Assembly: GCF_947500695.1 (NCBI RefSeq)
Contig: NZ_CANMSS010000015.1
Coordinates: 11,301-75,300, forward strand
Source: an uncultured Pseudoteredinibacter sp.
Lineage (GTDB): Bacteria; Pseudomonadota; Gammaproteobacteria; Pseudomonadales; Cellvibrionaceae
Direction: 5' to 3'
DNA: 64,000 nt
Shown here: piece by piece, positions 34,471-43,370 of the stretch
How positions within the stretch are numbered: the stretch's first letter is position 1
Layout: the number at the start of each line of letters is the position of its first letter
Notes under the pieces: generated by a model
Told to the model about the DNA's origin: nothing
Seen by the model: the letters and a program-made list of their open reading frames with translations, nothing else
The model's database searches: none
Translations under genes and position numbers: made by a program

Positions 34471-35730
34471 ATGGCTAAAAAGAATGCCTTTTATGCCCAA
34501 TCTGGCGGTGTAACCGCTGTCATCAACGCCAGTGCCTGCGGGGTTATCGAAGCTGCCCGCGCAAGCAAACAAATAGGAAAGGTGTACGCAGGACATAATG
34601 GAATTATTGGAGCCCTGCGCGAAGAGCTAATCGATACCAGCAAAGAAAGTGCAAAAACCATCACGGCCTTGCGCCACACTCCGTCAGGAGCCTTTGGATC
34701 TTGCCGCTACAAGCTTAAAAGCGTGGAAGAAAATCGCGCAGAATATGAGCGCCTGATCGAGGTATTTAAAGCTCATAACATCGGCTATTTTTTCTATAAC
34801 GGTGGCGGCGACTCTGCCGATACCTGCCTGAAAATTTCTCAACTTTCACAAACTATGGGTTATCCGATTCAGGCTATTCACGTGCCTAAAACGGTCGACA
34901 ATGACCTGCCGATTACCGATAACAGCCCAGGCTTCGGATCGGTTGCAAAATACGTTTCAGTATCGATCAAAGAAGCAGGCTTAGATGTTGCCTCCATGTG
35001 CGAAAGCTCTACCAAAGTGTTTATTATGGAAGTTATGGGGCGCCATGCAGGTTGGATTGCCGCCGCCGGCGGTCTTGCCGCTGAAGAAGAAGGCGACGCT
35101 CCACATATCATTTTGTTCCCAGAAATTGCTTTCAACAAAGAAAAGTTTTTAAAGAAAGTAAAACAGTGCGTCAAAAAATATGGTTTCTGCGCAATTGTTG
35201 CCTCTGAAGGCGCGCAGTACAAAGACGGCACTTTCTTAGCAGATGCCGGCACTACCGATGCCTTTGGCCACAAACAGTTAGGCGGCGTAGCCCCGACTCT
35301 TGCCAATATGGTGAAAGAAGAACTTGGCTACAAATACCACTGGGCACTGGCTGACTATCTGCAGCGCTCTGCACGCCATATCGCTTCAGGCACTGACGTT
35401 GAACAGGCTTACGCCGTAGGCCAGGCCGCTGTAGAAATGGCTTTAGCTGGCAAGAACGCCGTTATGCCAGCCATTATTCGCGGCAAAGGCAAAAAATATA
35501 AGTGGAGCATTGGTGAAGCACCATTAGATCAAGTCGCTAATGTTGAGAAAATGATGCCTCGCAACTACATCAGTAAAGATGGCTTTAGCATCAGCGAAGC
35601 TGGGCGTGACTATCTGTTACCGCTGATTCAGGGTGAAGACCTGCCACCATTCAAAAACGGCTTGCCTCAATACGCCAAGCTGAAGAAAGTTATGGTAGAT
35701 AAAAAACTTAAGAAAAAGTTTAAGGTTTAA
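34471..35730 (+). CDS. pfp: 6-phosphofructokinase, PPi-dependent type
   Basis: QSGGVTAVIN, NGGGDS (Asp at the PPi-specificity position), PKTVDND (Lys), EVMGRHAGW. Confidence 0.85.
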   Translation: MAKKNAFYAQSGGVTAVINASACGVIEAARASKQIGKVYAGHNGIIGALREELIDTSKESAKTITALRHTPSGAFGSCRYKLKSVEENRAEYERLIEVFKAHNIGYFFYNGGGDSADTCLKISQLSQTMGYPIQAIHVPKTVDNDLPITDNSPGFGSVAKYVSVSIKEAGLDVASMCESSTKVFIMEVMGRHAGWIAAAGGLAAEEEGDAPHIILFPEIAFNKEKFLKKVKQCVKKYGFCAIVASEGAQYKDGTFLADAGTTDAFGHKQLGGVAPTLANMVKEELGYKYHWALADYLQRSARHIASGTDVEQAYAVGQAAVEMALAGKNAVMPAIIRGKGKKYKWSIGEAPLDQVANVEKMMPRNYISKDGFSISEAGRDYLLPLIQGEDLPPFKNGLPQYAKLKKVMVDKKLKKKFKV

Positions 35731-35740
35731 TCCTTAAACT

Positions 35741-35780
35741 AAAATAAAAAAGGCGGCCACTTGGCCGCCTTTTTTATTTT
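35741..35780. terminator. Bidirectional intrinsic terminator (pfp / msrA)
   Basis: Perfect 19-bp inverted repeat AAAATAAAAAAGGCGGCCA-CT-TGGCCGCCTTTTTTATTTT between convergent genes. Confidence 0.9.
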
Positions 35781-36418
35781 TCAGTCTTTTCTGCTGGTCC
35801 CCAAACCGCCTCCAAACGCGCATCTCGACCACAGCGGTAGCGATAGTAGTGATAGCGCACTGGGTTCTTCTGGTAATAGTCTTGGTGGTAATCTTCAGCC
35901 GCATAAAAAGAGCTGGCCTTAGTAATCTCAATAGCAATTTTTTCACCGCCGGCTAAAGCAGCCTTCAGTTCGCCGGACTTTAGCTTGGCAAGGCTGCGTT
36001 CTGCCTTTGCTTTTTGCTGCTCGTCATGAAAGAAGATCCCTGGGCGATATTGGCTACCCTTGTCACAAAACTGCCCCTTACCATCAAAGGGGTCCACATT
36101 GCGCCAAAATACCGCCAACAATTCTTCAAAGCTGACCTTTTCTGGGTCAAATTTTATTTCCACCGCTTCGGTATGGCCGGTTGTACCCGCCGAAACTTCA
36201 CGGTAGCTAGGCTTGTGCTTATGACCACCAATATAGCCTGAGACCGTACTCTGAACACCTTCAATTTGGTCAAAGGGCTTTTCCATACACCAAAAACAGC
36301 CGCCGGCAAATGTTGCCGATGATAACTCCGCAGCAGAGCTGCTTAATCCAGCCAAGGCGGCACTCATCGCCACCGCAAGCGCCGATAGATTCACTGTTAC
36401 TTTTCGCTTACTGAACAT
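35774..36418 (-). CDS. msrA: Peptide-methionine (S)-S-oxide reductase with signal peptide
   Basis: AGGCFWCME, GYIGG, GHTEAV, AEDYHQDYY; N-terminal signal peptide. Confidence 0.93.
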   Translation of the reverse strand: MFSKRKVTVNLSALAVAMSAALAGLSSSAAELSSATFAGGCFWCMEKPFDQIEGVQSTVSGYIGGHKHKPSYREVSAGTTGHTEAVEIKFDPEKVSFEELLAVFWRNVDPFDGKGQFCDKGSQYRPGIFFHDEQQKAKAERSLAKLKSGELKAALAGGEKIAIEITKASSFYAAEDYHQDYYQKNPVRYHYYRYRCGRDARLEAVWGPAEKTEK

Positions 36419-36664
36419 ACTTTACCCCTACTTCATTGAGCCCCATATCTAGTCTAGGCCGCAATGTACCCCTTTCGACCACTAATGTTATCCAAAAACT
36501 CTCACATGTTTGTATTGCCATAGACGTACAAGGCAAATCGCACGACTGTCCCCGTGATTAAACCTTAATCTATATAGCCACAGCCCGCGCTGGACGTATA
36601 TAATTCGCCACCAACTTATTTATGCTCCAACCATTGGGGCCAAACCAACCAGTAGAGTAGCATC

Positions 36665-37201
36665 ATGAGCTTCGACAAGATCCCAGCTGGCAATGATTTG
36701 CCTAACGACATCAATGTAGTCATTGAGATCCCTGCCAACGCAGACCCTATTAAATACGAGATTGAAAAAGACGCCGACGCCGTCTTTGTCGACCGCTTTG
36801 TTGCGACTCCAATGTTCTACCCTGCCAACTACGGCTATATCCCTGCCACCTTATCTGAAGATGGCGACCCGCTGGACGTGCTTGTAGTGAGCCCATACCC
36901 AGTAATGCCAGGCGCTGTTATCCGTAGTCGTCCAATTGGCGTACTTAACATGACTGATGAGTCTGGCCCAGATGCTAAGCTATTGGCTGTGCCACATAGC
37001 AAGTTGACCAAGCTATACGAAGATGTAAACGAAATTGGTGACCTGCCAGAGCTTTTAATCAAGCAGATCGAGCATTACTTTGAGAACTACAAAGCACTTG
37101 AACCTGAGAAGTGGGTTAAAGTAGATGGCTGGGCCGATGCAGACGCCGCTCGTAAGGAAATCATGGATTCACGTGAGCGCCACCTGGCCCAAGAAAAGTA
37201 A
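36665..37201 (+). CDS. ppa: Inorganic pyrophosphatase (family I)
   Basis: [29 protein letters not shown]. Confidence 0.97.
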   Translation: MSFDKIPAGNDLPNDINVVIEIPANADPIKYEIEKDADAVFVDRFVATPMFYPANYGYIPATLSEDGDPLDVLVVSPYPVMPGAVIRSRPIGVLNMTDESGPDAKLLAVPHSKLTKLYEDVNEIGDLPELLIKQIEHYFENYKALEPEKWVKVDGWADADAARKEIMDSRERHLAQEK

Positions 37202-37308
37202 ATTTTTTGCTTTTGACTCAGTGACTTAGTGACTTAGTATCAAAGCCGCTCATCCTGTACAAACAATCAGCGGCCTTGAAAAAAAATCACTAAATTGCAA
37301 AAAAAAGC

Positions 37309-37345
37309 TTTTCAAAAGCCATCATTGTGGTACTATGCGCGCCGC
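37309..37345 (+). promoter_or_regulatory. Stable-RNA-type promoter for tRNA-Asn
   Basis: TTTTCA, 16-nt spacer, TGnTACTAT (37328-37336), GC-rich discriminator GCGCGCCGC, A-tracts upstream. Confidence 0.65.
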
Positions 37346-37367
37346 TGTCAACGAAGACAGACGCAAA

Positions 37368-37442
37368 TCCGGCATAGCTCAGCGGTAGAGCAGTAGACTG
37401 TTAATCTATTGGTCCCTGGTTCGATCCCAGGTGCCGGAGCCA
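37368..37442 (+). tRNA. tRNA-Asn (GTT)
   Basis: TCCGGCA/TGCCGGA acceptor stem, D arm, anticodon loop CTGTTAA, GGTTCGATCC T arm, encoded CCA. Confidence 0.97.
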
Positions 37443-37460
37443 TACAAGCCCAAGCGGGCA

Positions 37461-37495
37461 ATAAAAAAGGCCATCCTCGGATGGCCTTTTTTTAT
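37461..37495. terminator. Bidirectional intrinsic terminator
   Basis: AAAAAAGGCCATCC-TC-GGATGGCCTTTTTTT. Confidence 0.88.
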
Positions 37496-37539
37496 GGAAA
37501 TTCACCAGCTAAGCAAACTGGGCGAGCTTAAGCTCGCGA

Positions 37540-38301
37540 CTAACGCTCAGCCAATTGAATCGCTGACAAATCAAAATTCAATGGTGCTGAATCCTCTTTT
37601 TGCTCTCCGAGATTTTCACCAACTGGTGCCAGCTCAATATCGCTCGGGGCTTCCATTTCTGGCACCGGCAAAGGACGCTCCGATTCATCAAGCAAATCCT
37701 CGCCAGCTTCCGCCAAACTAATGCCACTGAGATCAACACCTATAGGCGGAACCTGCTGCTGCATTTCATCATGATCTAAAAGATTCCCCTGCATTGGCCT
37801 CAAGTCAGCCTCAACTGGATATATCTCCACAACCACTTCATCTTCACGATACTGATCCGCCAGTAAGTCGCTGCCAACAGGCGCCAATATCAAGCCCTCC
37901 TCTAAGGCGCTCTCTTGACGAGCCTGGACCTTCGGGGCAAAAGCTAAAGTACCACTCGGCTCCTGCAGGCCTGCCCCACTATTCTGCTCAGCAAGCCTTT
38001 CTGCCAGGCTCGGCTTACTGGCCTGTTTTTTATCGGCCGCTGACTCAATCGGGGTTGGTGGCGCCTTATTGAGCTCTTGAATCTCTACTTGGGCGCCAGC
38101 TTGCTGCAAGGCTTCTGTATAGCGATCAGCTTCCAGTTTTGGGAGGTTTTTCTTGATAACCACAGGCCGGCCAGAAAACAAGCGCTCAAGCTGAGTATCA
38201 TTCACCTTAAAAAGCTTACCAAGACGCAACTTAACATCTGAAATATTGTGCCCGAGCACAATATCCCCGCGAAAAACTAAGTTGTATCGTTCGTTTGACA
38301 T
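37540..38301 (-). CDS. Hypothetical protein: conserved N-terminal domain plus acidic repeated tail
   Basis: YNLVFRG...LFK...LFSGRPVVIKKNL N-domain; LAPxGxDLL-like repeats; start ATG 38301 or 38307. Confidence 0.7.
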   Translation of the reverse strand: MSNERYNLVFRGDIVLGHNISDVKLRLGKLFKVNDTQLERLFSGRPVVIKKNLPKLEADRYTEALQQAGAQVEIQELNKAPPTPIESAADKKQASKPSLAERLAEQNSGAGLQEPSGTLAFAPKVQARQESALEEGLILAPVGSDLLADQYREDEVVVEIYPVEADLRPMQGNLLDHDEMQQQVPPIGVDLSGISLAEAGEDLLDESERPLPVPEMEAPSDIELAPVGENLGEQKEDSAPLNFDLSAIQLAER

Positions 38302-38375
38302 AAACACCCTAGGGCTTTGCCCTTATTTTCCTTATATAAGATGTTGCTTTCGTTTAAAGCTAGACCCTTCTAGCG

Positions 38376-39191
38376 CTACTCGCAACAATCATCCAACTGC
38401 TGATCCATATCCAGTGCTGGGCGACCAGGTGACGCCCCTACTGGCTTAGCGGGCACACCAGCAACCGTGGTATGAGCCGCAACAGAGGATAAAACGACAC
38501 TGCCAGCACCAATTTTAGCCTGCCGACCAATGCAAATATTACCCAAGACTTTTGAACCAGCGCTGATTAAGACCCCTTCGCAAACCGTCGGATGGCGCTT
38601 TCCACCCTGACAACCTGAGCCACCAAGGGTAACGGAATGCAGCATTGAAACATTATTATGTACTATCGCCGTTTCACCGATCACCACCCCGGTAGCATGG
38701 TCGATCATAATACCTTGCCCAATCGTGGCGGCCGGATGTATATCAACACCAAATTCTTGCGAGATTTGATTTTGAAAATACAAAGCCAAGCCCCTGCGAT
38801 CACTTCGCCACAAATAATTGGCTACGCGATATGACTGCAAGGCCTGAAAGCCCTTGTAGTACAAAAACGGCATTAAGTACTGATCGCAAGCTGGATCGCG
38901 CTCATAATAAGCTTTCATATCAGCTACGGCGGCCGATATCATTTGCGGCTCTTGGCAATAGGCTGCTGAAATGACTTCTCGCAACATCATCGCAGGCACC
39001 GCATGGGAATCTAATTTGTTAGCCAAATGAAAGCTTAGTGAAGCAGGCAAATCCTGATGATTTAAGATCGAGCCATGATAGTAACTGGCCAAGCAAGGCT
39101 CTGCCTCGCCCGCTAATTTTGCTTCCGTTAATAACTGGGACCAGATCTGGCTGGCTTCGGAGATTGCCTCTGCAGTCATTTTTTCCCCCAT
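38376..39191 (-). CDS. cysE: Serine O-acetyltransferase
   Basis: YKGFQALQSYRV, DIHPAA, DHATGVVIGETA, KRHPTV, VAGVPAK. Confidence 0.95.
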   Translation of the reverse strand: MGEKMTAEAISEASQIWSQLLTEAKLAGEAEPCLASYYHGSILNHQDLPASLSFHLANKLDSHAVPAMMLREVISAAYCQEPQMISAAVADMKAYYERDPACDQYLMPFLYYKGFQALQSYRVANYLWRSDRRGLALYFQNQISQEFGVDIHPAATIGQGIMIDHATGVVIGETAIVHNNVSMLHSVTLGGSGCQGGKRHPTVCEGVLISAGSKVLGNICIGRQAKIGAGSVVLSSVAAHTTVAGVPAKPVGASPGRPALDMDQQLDDCCE

Positions 39192-39209
39192 TTTCAGCCA
39201 ATTAGCTGA

Positions 39210-39863
39210 TTAGACCATTTTTAACAATTGTGGGAGTTGCTCCATTTGGCAAAATTGATAAACCCCCGGGCGCTGCAGCAACTCTTGATTACGTAAACCC
39301 TGCCCTTCTGGATCAAAGAAACACACTTTCATACCTGCAGCGATTGCCGCCTCGACACCCGCCTGGGAATCTTCAATAACCACACAATCTTCAATCGCAG
39401 CATGCTGCTCTTTTGCAGCATGTAAAAATATATCTGGGGCAGGCTTACCGTTAGCAACGTCTACAGCACTATAGATACGGCCAGCAAAGCGGTCCCACAA
39501 ACCGGTTTTGCCTAAAGTAACCCTCATCTTGCCATGACTCCCGCCCGAAGCAATACAGGTTCGCCACCCCGCAAGCTCAAGCTGATCGATCGCAAACTCA
39601 ACGCCATTTATTGCCTTTAGGTCTGACTGAAAACGATTGAATGTATCCTCTTGCATCGCCGTCAAAAAGTGACTGGGAATGGGGCCACCAAGCATCTCGA
39701 TGAGCTGCTTCATACAGCTTTTCATTGAGTAGCCTTTGAATCGATCAAAACACTCCTGCGCACTGACATTTAAATCCAACTTCTGCAAGTGCTCAGCAAA
39801 GACCTCTGCGGCGATGGTCTCACTGTCCACAATGACACCGTCACAATCGAATATAACCAACAT
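39210..39863 (-). CDS. HAD-IA family hydrolase
   Basis: FDCDGVIVDSE, GKPAPDIF, VIEDS. Confidence 0.92.
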   Translation of the reverse strand: MLVIFDCDGVIVDSETIAAEVFAEHLQKLDLNVSAQECFDRFKGYSMKSCMKQLIEMLGGPIPSHFLTAMQEDTFNRFQSDLKAINGVEFAIDQLELAGWRTCIASGGSHGKMRVTLGKTGLWDRFAGRIYSAVDVANGKPAPDIFLHAAKEQHAAIEDCVVIEDSQAGVEAAIAAGMKVCFFDPEGQGLRNQELLQRPGVYQFCQMEQLPQLLKMV

Positions 39864-40058
39864 GCACTTAACCCCTAAAACCTGATAGCAACAGCCCGCA
39901 GCTCGAAACAGTGATTGACACCCTAATCAACAAAAGCAACTCTTAGCTGCATAAAATTTGCTCTTAGGGCGTTAGGATGTATTATAACGCTTAGCTTTCT
40001 CCATTAAGACCCGCCGGGTTATTAACAATAAATATAACGAAAATGGGAATCTAGCCTT

Positions 40059-40346
40059 ATGTCCGACCGCGATAGTGAGCTACTTGAGCTCAAAAATCTA
40101 GGGATTGCTACGGTCAATATCCTTAACGCTATTGGCGTGCACTCTCGTCAGGAGCTCCATTCCATGGGGCCTGTGCAGGCCTATGTCCGCATCAAACAGC
40201 GCGGCATCCATGTATCCAAAGTTATGCTCTATGCCCTACAAGGCGCCCTTGATGACAAACATTGGAATGAGCTCAGCCAAGAGACCAAAGACCAATTGGT
40301 TCAAGACGCTGACGATCTTGCCGCCGGAGAAAGCGCCGCCCATTAA
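40059..40346 (+). CDS. TfoX/Sxy C-terminal domain protein
   Basis: LKNLG...LNAIG, LYALQGALDDKHWNEL. Confidence 0.8.
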   Translation: MSDRDSELLELKNLGIATVNILNAIGVHSRQELHSMGPVQAYVRIKQRGIHVSKVMLYALQGALDDKHWNELSQETKDQLVQDADDLAAGESAAH

Positions 40347-40411
40347 GTCGACGTCCAAAGCTAATCTAGCGATAAAGTTAATGCGCAAAGGCACTTCACT
40401 AGCCCAGAAAC

Positions 40412-40460
40412 AATAATAATTCCCATTTGCTATTGACATGATAATGAAAACCATTATTAT
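40412..40460 (+). promoter_or_regulatory. Fur-repressed sigma70 promoter with two Fur boxes
   Basis: TTGACA 40433-40438 and TATTAT 40455-40460; GATAATGAAAACCATTATT 40440-40458 (16/19 to the Fur consensus); AATAATAATTCCCATTTGC 40412-40430 (12/19). Confidence 0.85.
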
Positions 40461-40463
40461 TTA

Positions 40464-40564
40464 AACCGTTGGGCGGCAACGCTCAACTTGAAGCGGCTTT
40501 TCGAGTCACTTCTCCTTATCAGGCTAATCACGGTTGTCGGCTACCCTCGGGTAGCCGTTTTTTT
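40464..40564 (+). ncRNA. prrF: PrrF-like iron-sparing sRNA
   Basis: Core TCTCCTTATCAGGCTAATCACGGTT (40511-40535) nearly identical to the PrrF core as I recall it; 5' GNRA hairpin (40468-40487); Fur-boxed promoter; terminator. 5' end approximate. Confidence 0.85.
40538..40564 (+). terminator. Intrinsic terminator of the PrrF-like sRNA
   Basis: CGGCTACCC-TC-GGGTAGCCG followed by T7. Confidence 0.9.
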
Positions 40565-40582
40565 ATGTGTTAAAGTGTCGCG

Positions 40583-40921
40583 ATGAATACTGATAAGCAA
40601 TGGCACGATCTCCCATTTAGCCCCGAAGATATCGCTGAAGGTCAAAGTAAAGGCTTTCTGTTAAACCAGCAGGCTTATTTTCTGGTCAAAAAACACGGTC
40701 AAGTTTACGGCTATGAAAATAGCTGCCCACACTTAAAGATAAACCTTGAGTGGAAGCCGGACAGCTTTCTCGATTTCGACAAGAGCCTAATTCAATGCTC
40801 AAGCCACGGAGCGCTATTTAACATAAAAGATGGCAAATGCGTTTCTGGCCCCTGCATAGGGCAAAGCTTGCAGCCATTGAAGCTAAGAAAGCTAGATCAC
40901 AGCTGGCAAGCCGAAGCGTAA
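40583..40921 (+). CDS. Rieske [2Fe-2S] protein
   Basis: CPH and CSSHGALF ligand boxes, GPC. Confidence 0.92.
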   Translation: MNTDKQWHDLPFSPEDIAEGQSKGFLLNQQAYFLVKKHGQVYGYENSCPHLKINLEWKPDSFLDFDKSLIQCSSHGALFNIKDGKCVSGPCIGQSLQPLKLRKLDHSWQAEA

Positions 40922-41052
40922 TTTGAATATAAGACCAACAATTACTAAGCATTTTTGAGTATTTACCGAACAAGCAAACAGCATCTACAATGGTTTTAGT
41001 GTAGGAAGATACGTAACCAAGCCCAGGAAGGGGCCCGCAAGAGGTATCAAGG

Positions 41053-41955
41053 ATGTCAAATCAAACACAACGACCAAGCCCGTCGAGCTTTATCGGGCAA
41101 GCGCGAAGCCAGCTCAAGAAAGAGCTGTCTGAGCTACTCTATTCTTTTATTAGCCAATACAAACCAGCAGCCCCTGCCAAAAGCAATGTCTGGATAGAAG
41201 AGTGCAAACGGGATCTGCAGCTAATGCTAAGATCAAGTCGTGCTCGTAAAGCCTATCTGCCACCCTGGCCTCTTGAATTGATTCAGATACAAGAAAAAGA
41301 TCAAAGCGAACACTTACAAAATCTAAACGACTATCTGCAGCAAGAATTACTAAACAACAACCCCAAGTGTAAACTCACTGTACTGGATGAAAGCTTAGCT
41401 AATGAACGCAGTATTGATATGCATGCGAGCAAAATGCTACTTCCAGCATTAAAGGCGAGTTTCCAAGCCAGCCGCGACGTCGCCCCTGAGCTCCACCAAA
41501 GACACTGGCTCCACCTAAACTTTAATTTAACTATCGGCCGCCACCTTGCTCTGCACAAACTTGGCCACACTTTCACTGTAAACTTGATAAGCTGCATGCA
41601 ACTTGCCGGCGCACTCTGCTGCTTGCGTTACTTAGCAACCGCCCTGCAGAAGCGCCCCGACCAATCTGACGCTATAGAATGGCTGGCCTATGACAGCCTA
41701 GAAAATATAGCCCCTGAGCTTTCTCAAAAAATCGCCAAGGACTGGCAACTAGGCGAAGAAGTTTGCCAATCCTTAAGCACGACGGGGACATCTGACTCCC
41801 TACTAAGCAAAACGCTGGAAGATTGTGATATAGCCAGCAGCAGCTGCTTGCTGTTCAACCAAGAAGTGATTAACGAAGAGGCCGCGGCACATTATCTGAG
41901 ACAATGGCAGCTTCCCATTCAGCTGTTAAGGCAGTTCGCCCCAAGAAAATCATAA
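41053..41955 (+). CDS. HDOD-like domain protein (divergent)
   Basis: All-helical pattern; MQLAGALCCL and WQLGEEV resemble HDOD C-terminal motifs. Confidence 0.5.
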   Translation: MSNQTQRPSPSSFIGQARSQLKKELSELLYSFISQYKPAAPAKSNVWIEECKRDLQLMLRSSRARKAYLPPWPLELIQIQEKDQSEHLQNLNDYLQQELLNNNPKCKLTVLDESLANERSIDMHASKMLLPALKASFQASRDVAPELHQRHWLHLNFNLTIGRHLALHKLGHTFTVNLISCMQLAGALCCLRYLATALQKRPDQSDAIEWLAYDSLENIAPELSQKIAKDWQLGEEVCQSLSTTGTSDSLLSKTLEDCDIASSSCLLFNQEVINEEAAAHYLRQWQLPIQLLRQFAPRKS

Positions 41956-41956
41956 G

Positions 41957-42667
41957 CTAAGCCCAGTCTAAGGGCTTTCCACTAAGCTTGATCTGCTGAT
42001 CATCTAAGCTAGCCGAATAAGCCAGCACCTCTACGCCAGCATTTTGAGCCTTTAACAAGCTCTCTGTGTATTCCGGATCAATATCGCGGGCGACAGATAT
42101 TTGCTCTACAGCACTGTGCTGCACACAAAAAAACAATATGGCTCGCGCTCCAGACTTGGCAATTGTAGCGAGCTCTTCAAGATGTTCACGACCACGTTTG
42201 GTGACGGCGTCTGGAAATTCAGCCAAGCCATGCTGCCTCATTAAGGTCATGCTTTTTACTTCAATATAACAAGGCCTAGAGTCATCTTTTGACTCTTCCA
42301 GCAGGAAATCCAATCGTTTGCCGCTCGGCAAGCGCACTTCTCGACGACAGCTTTTATAATGCGCCAAAGGTGCAATAAGCCCGGCCATCAAAGCCTCCTC
42401 CAAGAGCCCATTAGCGCGAGCGCTATTTACACCCACAAGGTGGCCCCACTGATTTTCAGCAATTTCCCACGTATGGGCATATTTGCGCTTTGGGTTATCA
42501 GAGGTGGAATACCAAACCCTACCGCCTTCCACCATGCAGTTTGTCATCGAGCCGGTATTTGGGCAGTGAATGGTTAATTTTTCACCATTCGGGCCGATAA
42601 CATCGGCTAGAAAGCGTTTGTAACGCCGAATTAACTGCCCTTGGATAAGCGGCGGAGAAAATAACAT
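41957..42667 (-). CDS. sfsA: Sugar fermentation stimulation protein A
   Basis: RRYKRFLADV, HCPNTGSM, YIEVKS, FPDAVTKRGREHL. Confidence 0.96.
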   Translation of the reverse strand: MLFSPPLIQGQLIRRYKRFLADVIGPNGEKLTIHCPNTGSMTNCMVEGGRVWYSTSDNPKRKYAHTWEIAENQWGHLVGVNSARANGLLEEALMAGLIAPLAHYKSCRREVRLPSGKRLDFLLEESKDDSRPCYIEVKSMTLMRQHGLAEFPDAVTKRGREHLEELATIAKSGARAILFFCVQHSAVEQISVARDIDPEYTESLLKAQNAGVEVLAYSASLDDQQIKLSGKPLDWA

Positions 42668-42887
42668 ATAAAAGGCTCTATAGTTTCAAAGCAAGATAGT
42701 TTAACGTTGATGCTATGACAGCGGTATCCGTCAAGGTGATACGCGCCAAGAAAACATTGATTAGGCTAAAAATTACTGGCACCTAGGAATGACTTCTGGT
42801 AGCTTGCACCGTTCGATTTAGGGACCCTTGAATTAAGGAAAACAGCCCCAACATGCGGGTCTGTAGAAATAAGTAGAGGCGCATAAT

Positions 42888-43334
42888 ATGCCCAGCAATA
42901 AAAAAGAGGCCGCAGCAGGCTTCACCTTGAGAGGATTCGAGCCTTACCAAGCGAAAAAAGGCGAAGAATACATGAATGATGCTCAAATGGAGCACTTCAA
43001 AGGCCTGCTGTTAGCGTGGAAAACCGAACTCATGGAAGAAGTTGACCGCACCATGAGCCATATGAAAGATGAGGCAGCTAATTTTCCTGACCCAGCCGAC
43101 CGCGCCAGCCAGGAAGAAGAGTTCAGCCTTGAGCTGCGCACTCGTGATCGCGAACGCAAGCTGATTAAAAAGATCGACTCCACCATGGAGCGCATCGAAA
43201 ATGACGACTATGGCTTTTGTGATGCCTGTGGCGTCGAAATCGGCATTCGTCGTTTAGAAGCTCGTCCAACAGCTACTTTGTGTGTTGACTGCAAAACACT
43301 CGACGAGATTAAAGAAAAACAAATCGGCGGCTAA
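42888..43334 (+). CDS. dksA: RNA polymerase-binding factor DksA
   Basis: FPDPADRASQEEE, CDAC...CVDC zinc finger. Confidence 0.98.
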   Translation: MPSNKKEAAAGFTLRGFEPYQAKKGEEYMNDAQMEHFKGLLLAWKTELMEEVDRTMSHMKDEAANFPDPADRASQEEEFSLELRTRDRERKLIKKIDSTMERIENDDYGFCDACGVEIGIRRLEARPTATLCVDCKTLDEIKEKQIGG

Positions 43335-43341
43335 TCCCGTT

Positions 43342-43367
43342 TGGCGCGGCATGAGGCCGCGCCATTT
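43342..43367 (+). terminator. Hairpin between dksA and gluQ (candidate weak terminator/attenuator)
   Basis: TGGCGCGGC-ATGAG-GCCGCGCCA then TTT, just before the ATG at 43371. Confidence 0.6.
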
Positions 43368-43370
43368 CCC

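Noticed and set aside
37215-37238. Short tandem GACTCAGT-GACTTAGT-GACTTAGT
   Set aside because: Only three 8-mers without spacers; not CRISPR, and no evidence of function
37368-37540. tRNA-Asn as an integration site
   Set aside because: No integrase, no duplicated tRNA 3' end and no compositional break seen; flanks are ordinary genes
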